Below are positions 1-7,788 of a DNA stretch of 64,000 nt, piece after piece. The notes under the pieces are model-generated. The model was not told where the DNA came from. It did no database searches and saw only the letters and a program-made list of their open reading frames with translations. Position numbers and translations under genes: made by a program. Every line of letters begins with the position of its first letter. The first letter of the stretch is position 1. Origin of the DNA: a virus (taxonomy: Duplodnaviria > Caudoviricetes). The DNA lies in IMG/VR virus record IMGVR_UViG_3300032084_001540, positions 419 to 64,418 of that record. The stretch is one strand, 5' to 3'.

Positions 1-7
1 GTAGAGT

Positions 8-229
8 TTATGTCAACAACCGCACCAACTTTCTTTGAATTAATTGGTGCGAAGTATTGTCGTTTCTTTGTGTTGTAAAACCCCCAGATTGTGCTAACTG
101 GAGCGCCACTATTGTAATTATAGTGGTGAAGATGGTCACACCAAATACTAATAACATTTGACTTAAATTCAGAGGTTCGGTATCTAAATCCTTTGGGTGC
201 TTCATGAATAAAATCGGGGGGAAGTTCAA
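8..229 (-). CDS. small hypothetical membrane protein
   Basis: ORF with one hydrophobic stretch (MLLVFGVTIFTTIITIVALQL); start uncertain. Confidence 0.5.
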   Translation of the reverse strand: MNFPPILFMKHPKDLDTEPLNLSQMLLVFGVTIFTTIITIVALQLAQSGGFTTQRNDNTSHQLIQRKLVRLLT

Positions 230-232
230 TCA

Positions 233-1168
233 TCAGTTAGCAATAGCAAATCGTCCGTTATTAAAGTTAGCACGGGAGAACTGTTGACGGTCAACCATCT
301 TGAATGTGCCGTAGCAATTCTTGACAACAATGCCCTCATGTTTGGCAAGGTCGTCACCAATCAGGCAGACACACATCTCACGAGCAAAGTATGACTCTGC
401 TGCGACACTCTTCATCGTGATGATGAGATTGTAGAGAGCAAAGAATGCCCAGTCAATGTTAGTATCTTTGGCAAGATCGAAGACGTTGAGCTCTCTACCC
501 TCGCGAATGTAAGAGTTGATTGTCTTCTTGACGTTTGCTTTTGCAACCTTAGTTTTGAACTCAGGGAACACAATATCTTGCATCAAATATCGTGCATGTG
601 CTGCAAGAACTTTGAGATCATGAGATGGTTTGATGTAAGTTGTATTTACAGACAGGAACTTAACATCATCAGAATACCAAAGACCGTTGTAAGGTTCAGA
701 AACAGCGGTTGCAATCGTGTCGCCACGGTATCGCGTATGAAGAGCAAATACGATCCGCTCATCAATAGGTTTCAAGAACTTGTAAGTGATAGTATTAGGA
801 GTGGTTGACACATTACCACCTTCACCCATAAAATCACCCTGGAAGATGCCATCAACTCTAGGAAGATATTGCAGACAAAGTGTTAGTACACGACGAAGAT
901 TCTCTGACTCGTGGTTAGCATAAATGTCATCTACAGTATAGTTGATCTTGGGAGTTTTCTTGTTGAATACACTTTTAGTGCCAACAAAGAACTCACCGTT
1001 ATCAGGATTCGTGCCAAATACAACGGCGGGAGCACCATCATACTTGACAGTTGCCATGTTGCCAACATCACCCTCAAGAGTAAACTCTAGGAACTTGATG
1101 ACATTTAGAGCAGCATCTTTGCCGTCAAGTAGAAGATCTTCGGGGTGTTCGATGTGTGTGTTTTTCAT
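233..1168 (-). CDS. conserved cyanophage protein with ligase-type nucleotidyltransferase motifs (DUF6267-like)
   Basis: Start moved to MKNTHIEHPED (ATG 1168); motifs KYDG, FQGD, FALH, EGIVVK, FKMV appear in the order of ligase motifs I, III, IIIa, IV, V. Confidence 0.6.
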   Translation of the reverse strand: MKNTHIEHPEDLLLDGKDAALNVIKFLEFTLEGDVGNMATVKYDGAPAVVFGTNPDNGEFFVGTKSVFNKKTPKINYTVDDIYANHESENLRRVLTLCLQYLPRVDGIFQGDFMGEGGNVSTTPNTITYKFLKPIDERIVFALHTRYRGDTIATAVSEPYNGLWYSDDVKFLSVNTTYIKPSHDLKVLAAHARYLMQDIVFPEFKTKVAKANVKKTINSYIREGRELNVFDLAKDTNIDWAFFALYNLIITMKSVAAESYFAREMCVCLIGDDLAKHEGIVVKNCYGTFKMVDRQQFSRANFNNGRFAIAN

Positions 1169-1174
1169 ACTGTT

Positions 1175-1234
1175 AGTATGGCATGGAATGGGACAGAAAT
1201 CAAGCGATAGTGGACGGTTCGCCAACTGGCACAC
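1175..1234 (-). promoter_or_regulatory. sigma70-like early promoter with upstream inverted-repeat motif
   Basis: TTGATT(1203-1198)-N17-CATACT(1180-1175) with extended TG; upstream GTGCCAGTT-GGCG-AACCGTCCAC. Confidence 0.7.
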
Positions 1235-2436
1235 TAGCGGCGGACGACACTATCTAACATCTCACCTTTCTCGAATACAGTATCAACAACCGTCTGCAAT
1301 GCTCTCGCAGTAGCAACACCAACGGTGGAATATACAGGCACAACGCATAGCCCATAGGTCTTAGATTCTGCACCAAGACGCAACACACGACCGATAGTCT
1401 GTGTCATCTCGATGATATTCATGTTACGCATGAAGATGACAGTTTCCAACTCACTGACGTTGATACCCTCAGAGAGAATAGAACGATGCAGAACAACAAA
1501 CTTCTTCTCAGGATCGCGACCCCAAGCATTCAACGTATTGAAGAACTCTTCACGATTGACTTTCTTACCATCGACAACTGCACCTGTCTTGGATGTGATA
1601 TAGAGGTAAGAATAACCACGCTTGATCAACTGCATGGCAAAATCAGTTGCTGCAAACAAGTTCATAAGTTGCTTGCTAGTCTTCACACAAACCAGAATCT
1701 TCTTGGTATCAGTCTCTTCAATGGTGTCAATCACGTTCTCAGCATCAGTCTCACACGAAATCATCCGTGAGTTAGTGTGCATTGCAAACTTTTGTGCATG
1801 AATACGAGGAGGGATAATGTATCCACCATCAACTAACTCAGGAGCAGAAATACGGGCAATGATTTGACCATAAACTGCCTCATCATTCATGCCTGGTTTA
1901 TTGATAGTGATTGAAGTCTTGCGCGTAGCTGTGAAGAAGTAGCAACGATCTGCCTCGTAAGAGAAGAACTCAGTGGGAGGGAAGAAGTTACGCTTAACGC
2001 TGTTATGTGCTTCGTCAAAGTATATTGTATTGACCTCAATATCTGCCTCCATGATACGGTGGAGAGAATTGTATGTGGTGAAGATGATGACATTCTCACC
2101 CATACTACGGGCGCAACCTGCATACAGATGAATCTTTTCTGCCTTGGTGGTGCTAGTGTAGTGAGTTTCACCACTGTGAACGTGCATCACATGCAGATAT
2201 GGGTCACTGTTGTTAGGATCAATGACCTCCATAAACTCGCTGCAAAGTTGTTCAGCAAGGAGAATACGTGGAGCAACAACAACTGTGGTGGTGCCGTTGT
2301 TGATACTATCCAGACGATTCTTGGTGTCTGTGATCATGCACATTGTCTTACCACCGCCAGTGGGGACAATTACCTGACCTTTGTCATAAGCAACCATACG
2401 ATCGACAATCCGTTGCTGATGGGGACGCAGTTGCAT
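1234..2436 (-). CDS. superfamily 2 (DEAH) helicase, ResIII-like
   Basis: LRPHQ Q-motif, PTGGGKT Walker A, DEAH, TAT, LSEGIN, QTIGRVLR; start placed at MQLRPHQ. Confidence 0.85.
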   Translation of the reverse strand: MQLRPHQQRIVDRMVAYDKGQVIVPTGGGKTMCMITDTKNRLDSINNGTTTVVVAPRILLAEQLCSEFMEVIDPNNSDPYLHVMHVHSGETHYTSTTKAEKIHLYAGCARSMGENVIIFTTYNSLHRIMEADIEVNTIYFDEAHNSVKRNFFPPTEFFSYEADRCYFFTATRKTSITINKPGMNDEAVYGQIIARISAPELVDGGYIIPPRIHAQKFAMHTNSRMISCETDAENVIDTIEETDTKKILVCVKTSKQLMNLFAATDFAMQLIKRGYSYLYITSKTGAVVDGKKVNREEFFNTLNAWGRDPEKKFVVLHRSILSEGINVSELETVIFMRNMNIIEMTQTIGRVLRLGAESKTYGLCVVPVYSTVGVATARALQTVVDTVFEKGEMLDSVVRR

Positions 2437-2457
2437 GAAGATCTCTGATATGAATAT

Positions 2458-2516
2458 AGTATGGCATGAAAAAAGCACTCTGTCAAGAGTGCTAGACCAG
2501 TTCATCAACTGTCACA
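2458..2516 (-). promoter_or_regulatory. sigma70-like early promoter overlapping a terminator-like stem-loop, with upstream inverted-repeat motif
   Basis: TTGACA(2486-2481)-N17-CATACT(2463-2458); hairpin AGCACTC-TTGACA-GAGTGCT followed by a T-tract; upstream GTGACAGTT-GATG-AACTGGTC. Confidence 0.8.
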
Positions 2517-2521
2517 TGGTA

Positions 2522-3061
2522 TCAATTTGAGTCCATAACATCTGAATACTCACCATCATCGATAGATTTAACAAAAGTTGATAGCAACTGCGGAGAGACT
2601 TCTTCGGCATAGTATAAGAACAGATCCTCATCTTCATAGAAGTCTTCATGGAAATCATCGTCCTTAATTTGCTTCAGCTCGTCCATATTTTGCTGAATCG
2701 ATTGTGCATTGACATAAGATTCAACAAACTTTATCACAAACTCATCCAGTAAAACTGGATAGTTGTGCATTTGAATCTTCAGACGTTCGTATAACTTTGC
2801 CTTCTCTGGGTTCTTTTTAAGAAAGTCGGGCAAAGTGTATGGTGATTCTTCATCCCAAGACTCAGCATCTTCTGCCTCTTCTTCTCTCTGATAAATCTCA
2901 TCTTGCTCCTCTTCAGATAACGAAATAAGTTCATCATCTTTAAGTGGGACAGGATCAACACTTACAACTTCGTTTTCACGAAAATCTTCAAACTCATCAA
3001 AATCTTCCTCGTATGTAGGATCATTGTACTTAGGATCATTGTACTTAGGATCTTCACTCAT
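2522..3061 (-). CDS. acidic hypothetical protein
   Basis: 179-aa D/E-rich ORF tightly packed with neighbours. Confidence 0.7.
   Translation of the reverse strand: MSEDPKYNDPKYNDPTYEEDFDEFEDFRENEVVSVDPVPLKDDELISLSEEEQDEIYQREEEAEDAESWDEESPYTLPDFLKKNPEKAKLYERLKIQMHNYPVLLDEFVIKFVESYVNAQSIQQNMDELKQIKDDDFHEDFYEDEDLFLYYAEEVSPQLLSTFVKSIDDGEYSDVMDSN
3016..3052. repeat. 15-bp tandem repeat (about 2.5 copies) encoding DPKYN
   Basis: taggatcattgtact x2 plus taggatc. Confidence 0.9.
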
Positions 3062-3425
3062 TTACTTCTTCCTCACTAAATTTTTCAGAAACTGCTTCAC
3101 TTTCAACATCAATATCCACGTCGGCAGCATCAACGTCCTCACCTTCTTCTTCTAAAGAAGCTTCCATTTTGTCCTCCATATCTTCGATGTCTTTCTCATC
3201 AACAGGTGTGAATGGAATTTGACAGATTTCACATAGTTCTTTCAACGTATCGTTATCATAAATTTGTGCAATCTCCTTGCGTAGATCTTCAGCAGTATCG
3301 CCAACAAAACTATCAAGCATCATGTCATATGCAAACTTGTATAGTTCTTGTTCATCCATGCTTTCCAAAACTTTCACAGCGTAAGCACCGCTCAGTTTGG
3401 CAAATTGTTCATCAGTGTATGTCAT
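3054..3425 (-). CDS. acidic hypothetical protein
   Basis: 123-aa ORF overlapping the start of the next gene. Confidence 0.7.
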   Translation of the reverse strand: MTYTDEQFAKLSGAYAVKVLESMDEQELYKFAYDMMLDSFVGDTAEDLRKEIAQIYDNDTLKELCEICQIPFTPVDEKDIEDMEDKMEASLEEEGEDVDAADVDIDVESEAVSEKFSEEEVNE

Positions 3426-3457
3426 TAGAAGATCAAATAGGTGTTGAAAAGTGTAAC

Positions 3458-3661
3458 TTATGTATGTGATAAAACCTTCCAGTTAATATCACTTTGTTCG
3501 GTTATCCAGAAAAAGTATTTACCATTGAATGAACGTAAGAACATTCTATTTTGTCCGAAAGATTCCTCCGTATGTTCTACCACACAGACAGTAATCTTGT
3601 CCATTTCATTAGCAAATCGGTTTTTTGCTTTGTTTGAGAGTGGTTCAACTTCGACAATCAT
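3458..3661 (-). CDS. hypothetical protein
   Basis: 67-aa ORF in the small-gene array. Confidence 0.6.
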   Translation of the reverse strand: MIVEVEPLSNKAKNRFANEMDKITVCVVEHTEESFGQNRMFLRSFNGKYFFWITEQSDINWKVLSHT

Positions 3662-3671
3662 AACAGCAATG

Positions 3672-3884
3672 TCACTTCTTTGTTATCTTAGCAATAAATT
3701 TGACTGCTGTCTCCTTAGTGCGACACTTCTTCAACTGGACACACTTGCCATCTTTGTTTGGTCCTATCACCATGAATTGTTTACTCCTGGCAATCGGCAC
3801 AGCAGCATAGTTTCCACAGTTAGAATAGAAACCCTGAGATTGTTGCTTAGAATCAAGAATATAGAAGTTTGGAGGATACTTCAA
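3672..3884 (-). CDS. hypothetical protein
   Basis: 70-aa ORF, 4-bp overlap with the upstream gene. Confidence 0.6.
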   Translation of the reverse strand: MKYPPNFYILDSKQQSQGFYSNCGNYAAVPIARSKQFMVIGPNKDGKCVQLKKCRTKETAVKFIAKITKK

Positions 3885-4096
3885 GAGTATGCGGCAGGAT
3901 ACAGTTCATCAAGAATTTTGTGACACTTCTTGTATGTCTTCATGTCATGAATGTTTTGTTTTTGGTAACTCCTAACAGCAGAGAAAATTAATTGATTCTT
4001 TTGCTGATAGTCTTCCTTGAATCGTGCAAAGTTTCGGCAACCACATTTTGGATAGTCACCATAAACTTCTTTGTACGCATCATTCACATTCTTCAT
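3881..4096 (-). CDS. hypothetical protein
   Basis: Start placed at MKNVNDAY to avoid a long overlap. Confidence 0.55.
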   Translation of the reverse strand: MKNVNDAYKEVYGDYPKCGCRNFARFKEDYQQKNQLIFSAVRSYQKQNIHDMKTYKKCHKILDELYPAAYS

Positions 4097-4277
4097 GACA
4101 GTTGTTGTTCTTTTGGTAAAGTTTTCGGACTTTTTTGAGTGCTTTGAGCTCATACTTAATGTTAGCATAAGCAGTTTCAGCATCTAGTTTTTTTGCCATT
4201 TCCATGGCACAAATCATACTAACACGGGTTCCAAATAATTGGATTGCTTTATCGTAGCAGTCTTGTTCTTCGTACAT
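4080..4277 (-). CDS. hypothetical protein
   Basis: 65-aa ORF abutting the upstream stop. Confidence 0.6.
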   Translation of the reverse strand: MYEEQDCYDKAIQLFGTRVSMICAMEMAKKLDAETAYANIKYELKALKKVRKLYQKNNNCHEECE

Positions 4278-4278
4278 T

Positions 4279-4677
4279 TTACGCTGTAGATTTACGACCG
4301 TGAGTTGGGCATCTTGGGTTGATTAAATCAGTACAGTTACATACAGATTTAATTATACCACTATCAAAATGAATTTGCAACCTAGGGAATGGTGAATATT
4401 TACAATCCCATAGTGATGGATACACAGTGATGGTATTAAACAAATTCACAGCTCTAACTCTACCATGATTTCCGTTGGGAGTGTGTTTCAATAGTGGAAG
4501 TTTAGATTCTGGATTTGCCTCCCAATCTTGTGTTCCACTATAATCAATCTCAAATAGTTGTCCTATAGGTGAAATCCAATAGTGAGCACAACAATTATAG
4601 AGATCTTTAGTTTGCAACTCTCGTTGAAAACCAGGACCAAGATCATATGAAGATTTAATGGTATCAAATAAACCCAT
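4279..4677 (-). CDS. hypothetical protein
   Basis: 132-aa ORF with GGAGG Shine-Dalgarno upstream. Confidence 0.7.
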   Translation of the reverse strand: MGLFDTIKSSYDLGPGFQRELQTKDLYNCCAHYWISPIGQLFEIDYSGTQDWEANPESKLPLLKHTPNGNHGRVRAVNLFNTITVYPSLWDCKYSPFPRLQIHFDSGIIKSVCNCTDLINPRCPTHGRKSTA

Positions 4678-4729
4678 AGTTATTCTTGCACCTCCACAAA
4701 GGTTATTTTATTCATGTTTTTAGAAATTG

Positions 4730-5155
4730 TCAATACTGTGTTAAGAATTGTTGACATAGTTGTGCTTCTTTACTGAACGATTCTTGCTCCCATGGTTCAT
4801 CCTCATAGGTAGTATCGGGGTCGATAAGCTTACCGTGCCAGTAGTTTTTACCACGACGTTCTTTACGATCACTGACTAACCATTGCTTGACATGTAACAT
4901 CTCGTGCATCAATGTGCTGATGTAATTTTCTCTCTCAAGACCAGAGTGTAGTTCAATGAGAAACTCACGAGGACGATATGTGCTGTCCATAACAGTGCAA
5001 GCACCATTTAGACCTTCTCTCATAAGACCACGCACTACAATATCTACATCAAATTTATACCGATTAAGTTTGTGCCTGTTGACAAACCACTCAACAGCAG
5101 ATCTTGTGATCCGCTTGTATCCAGAATAGTCTGCAATTGAAAGGGAATAAGACAT
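4730..5155 (-). CDS. HExxH zinc metallopeptidase-like protein
   Basis: TLMHEMLHVKQ motif and downstream PWEQE. Confidence 0.7.
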   Translation of the reverse strand: MSYSLSIADYSGYKRITRSAVEWFVNRHKLNRYKFDVDIVVRGLMREGLNGACTVMDSTYRPREFLIELHSGLERENYISTLMHEMLHVKQWLVSDRKERRGKNYWHGKLIDPDTTYEDEPWEQESFSKEAQLCQQFLTQY

Positions 5156-5230
5156 AACCAATGGAGAAACCAGACACCAGAAATAACAAACAAGAGTTTC
5201 ATGCGGTTAGGTCGTGTCGTTCATATACAC

Positions 5231-5291
5231 ACTATAAGACCCCCACAAGCGTCTGCAAGGGGGGTATAGGACACTTTATAGAGTGTCACAC
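5231..5291 (-). promoter_or_regulatory. sigma70-like early promoter with stem-loop and upstream inverted-repeat motif
   Basis: TTGCAG-N16-TATAGT(5236-5231); ACCCCC...GGGGGT stem around -35; upstream GTGACACT-CTATAA-AGTGTCC. Confidence 0.65.
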
Positions 5292-5294
5292 GGT

Positions 5295-6926
5295 TTAGTC
5301 AACAAAAGCAACCCAGTGCCATCCAACAATAGCATCTTTTGCTGCTGATAATTCGATGCCACCATAACCTTGTGTTCCTATTTTAGAGAATCCATTAACA
5401 CCAACATCTGAAGAATGGTCATAATTTGTGGCACAATATGATGCGTTAGCTCTTTTACCATCGAGAGAATATGCTGTGATTTCTGGAGTGTCTGCCATTG
5501 GCACAGTATATCTCACACTTGTCGGGCGATTAGAAACGTTAACAGAAGCAGTGTGTCTATGATAAGTGGCACCAAGAGATGTAACTTGACCAGGAACTTT
5601 CTCATCTCCTGGAGAATAATCATATGAAGTTTGAAGATAACGCTGACATACACGCAAATCTTCTTCAAATCTCATGTATTCAAACTCTGATGGATATTTT
5701 TGACCAGGATGTGCGACTTCCCACTGAACACCAGTCATCTCAAACCAGTTTGACGCACTATCCATCAAACCAAAACCTCCACCACGTTTTGCATCACTAC
5801 TGTCAACCCAAGTTGAATCTGGAGTTCCACTATTATAGTTAGTTCCCTCATCTAACCAAGTATAGATAATAAAATCTGTACCAGTAAGAGAATCGTCACC
5901 ATAAGCAGAACCAGGATTAGTATCTGCTGGAACAATGAAGTGCTTAAACTCCCAAGTATTTGCAGAGTTAATCGTTACTTCTTTGACAAAGTTTCTGGCA
6001 GGGTCAATATTACGAAACTCTACTGTAAATGTTCCTGTTTTATTTGAACGACACCAAAAACTGTAGATAGACTCTTTTGCATTTGCATAACCATATCTGA
6101 GTGGTTCAATATCATCTCTACTATTAAATCTTTGTTGTATGAAGAAATACTCAGAAGCAGCAGGAGTTTCAGCACCATTACAATCAATGTGTAAAGCATA
6201 ATGATGACCAGTATCTGTACCAAATCCTGCACTTCTTGACATACCAACAGCATTATCCATGCTGCTGGCTAGATTCCACCTATCAACACACATACAACCG
6301 TTATTTGCCGTTCTAGCGGTAACAGGAAGCGTAACAGATGTTGATAGTCCTAACTGAGCAATTCTCATGCCTCCATTATCAATTAGGTTCCTACGGTAGG
6401 AAGTCGTAACAGCAGGATAATACTGATAGAGAGTATGAACACCAACGTTACCAGTTACTGACAGTGTGTGATCAGGATTTGTGGATGCGATGCCAACAGA
6501 ACCACCACCATCAAAACTAATAGCAGTTCCATAACCTACCAAGTATGGAGTATTACTATCAGCACCATCATGTGAGTTTCCAAATGATACTTGACCAGTA
6601 GCATTAACATGCATCATGGTGCTACCATCAACTCTCAGTTTGATGGCACTATTCTCATATCCTCCTGTCTCGTCTGACTCAATTTTGAGTGTGCTACTGT
6701 CTAATGATATTTGACCTGCATTAAGACTACCTCCCTCTTTTCTCATCAAGATAGTGGTCTCTGCACCATCACCTCTTGATACTGTTAATGTGTGAGTGGT
6801 ATTACCAATTCCACTAACATTAGTTGTACCGATGGCAACTGCTCGATTGGTTGCATCAACCGTTAGGGTCGCACCTTGAGTACCAATCCCTGAAGCGTAA
6901 TCAGCAAGAATCCTAGCCTGTGTCAT
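5295..6926 (-). CDS. tail fibre / receptor-binding protein with carbohydrate-binding-like C-terminal region
   Basis: VGIASTNP-type repeats; RNLIDNGGMRIAQ...DRW...CQRY pattern typical of cyanophage fibres; ATAAATA upstream. Confidence 0.7.
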   Translation of the reverse strand: MTQARILADYASGIGTQGATLTVDATNRAVAIGTTNVSGIGNTTHTLTVSRGDGAETTILMRKEGGSLNAGQISLDSSTLKIESDETGGYENSAIKLRVDGSTMMHVNATGQVSFGNSHDGADSNTPYLVGYGTAISFDGGGSVGIASTNPDHTLSVTGNVGVHTLYQYYPAVTTSYRRNLIDNGGMRIAQLGLSTSVTLPVTARTANNGCMCVDRWNLASSMDNAVGMSRSAGFGTDTGHHYALHIDCNGAETPAASEYFFIQQRFNSRDDIEPLRYGYANAKESIYSFWCRSNKTGTFTVEFRNIDPARNFVKEVTINSANTWEFKHFIVPADTNPGSAYGDDSLTGTDFIIYTWLDEGTNYNSGTPDSTWVDSSDAKRGGGFGLMDSASNWFEMTGVQWEVAHPGQKYPSEFEYMRFEEDLRVCQRYLQTSYDYSPGDEKVPGQVTSLGATYHRHTASVNVSNRPTSVRYTVPMADTPEITAYSLDGKRANASYCATNYDHSSDVGVNGFSKIGTQGYGGIELSAAKDAIVGWHWVAFVD

Positions 6927-6939
6927 CGTTTTTTACCTT

Positions 6940-6946
6940 TATTTAT
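6940..6946 (-). promoter_or_regulatory. T4-like late promoter (ATAAATA)
   Basis: ATAAATA 13 nt upstream of ATG 6926. Confidence 0.7.
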
Positions 6947-7776
6947 TAAGCAGCAGCGACGTTTACAGCGCCAGCGTTAGTAACAGTGATTTTGTATAAT
7001 GTACCATTAGGTGCTGCAAGAATGACTCCAGCACCACTTTCAGACGTAAGTCTCATGTCACCAGTGCCACCCTCAAATGTGGCGACAGTGTTCACAGTAG
7101 TGTTATTCTTTCTTGCTTGAATAACAACAGATGCTTTTTTGTTAGTTGCATCAGTGTCAACAATTGTAGTAGCAACACGAGCATATTCTGTCTTAGTTCC
7201 AGCAGCATCAAAAGAATCAAATCTCAGAACTCCAATGGTTTGACCATTCTGAATTGCTGGATCATTAGTGAATAATGATAGGTCTGGAGCTCCAATACCA
7301 GATGATGATGTAGATTCAATCGTTACAACTTGATCATTTGATGTACCACCAAAAACGTGAAGTGCTGTTGTTGGAGTATCGGTTCCAATACCAACCAGAC
7401 CAGCAGAAGTTATACGAAGTCTTTCATCTCCTCCATATCTATATCTTAAAGACCCATTATCTGTTTGAGATATATTTGAGTCAGAACCTGCAGTATCATG
7501 TCTAATTTTTAATAAATTTTCACTCGTTCCAGATATTCTGATATTTCCATCTAAAACATGAAGTTTTCCAGAAACTGGATTATCAGTTCCTATACCAACA
7601 TCATCTTTACAATGTAAATTACTATGAACAGTGGCAACACCAGTGATCTGAGTACCACCCTCAACGTATAATCTATCACCAACATCAGCAGTGGTGCCGA
7701 TACCTAAAGTACCAGCACCCTCATTGACGTGAATGTCAAAAGAAAACTTAGATAATTCTCTTGCTTTACTAGACAT
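6946..7776 (-). CDS. tail fibre-like protein
   Basis: Repeated VGIGTDxP and ERLRITSAG motifs; CTAAATA at 7794-7800. Confidence 0.7.
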   Translation of the reverse strand: MSSKARELSKFSFDIHVNEGAGTLGIGTTADVGDRLYVEGGTQITGVATVHSNLHCKDDVGIGTDNPVSGKLHVLDGNIRISGTSENLLKIRHDTAGSDSNISQTDNGSLRYRYGGDERLRITSAGLVGIGTDTPTTALHVFGGTSNDQVVTIESTSSSGIGAPDLSLFTNDPAIQNGQTIGVLRFDSFDAAGTKTEYARVATTIVDTDATNKKASVVIQARKNNTTVNTVATFEGGTGDMRLTSESGAGVILAAPNGTLYKITVTNAGAVNVAAA

Positions 7777-7788
7777 GATTATACTTTT

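Noticed and set aside
1234-2436. Helicase as a type III restriction-modification system
   Set aside because: No adjacent methyltransferase and no nuclease domain visible
3441-3923. 160-aa plus-strand ORF
   Set aside because: Antisense to tightly packed minus-strand genes and has no motif support
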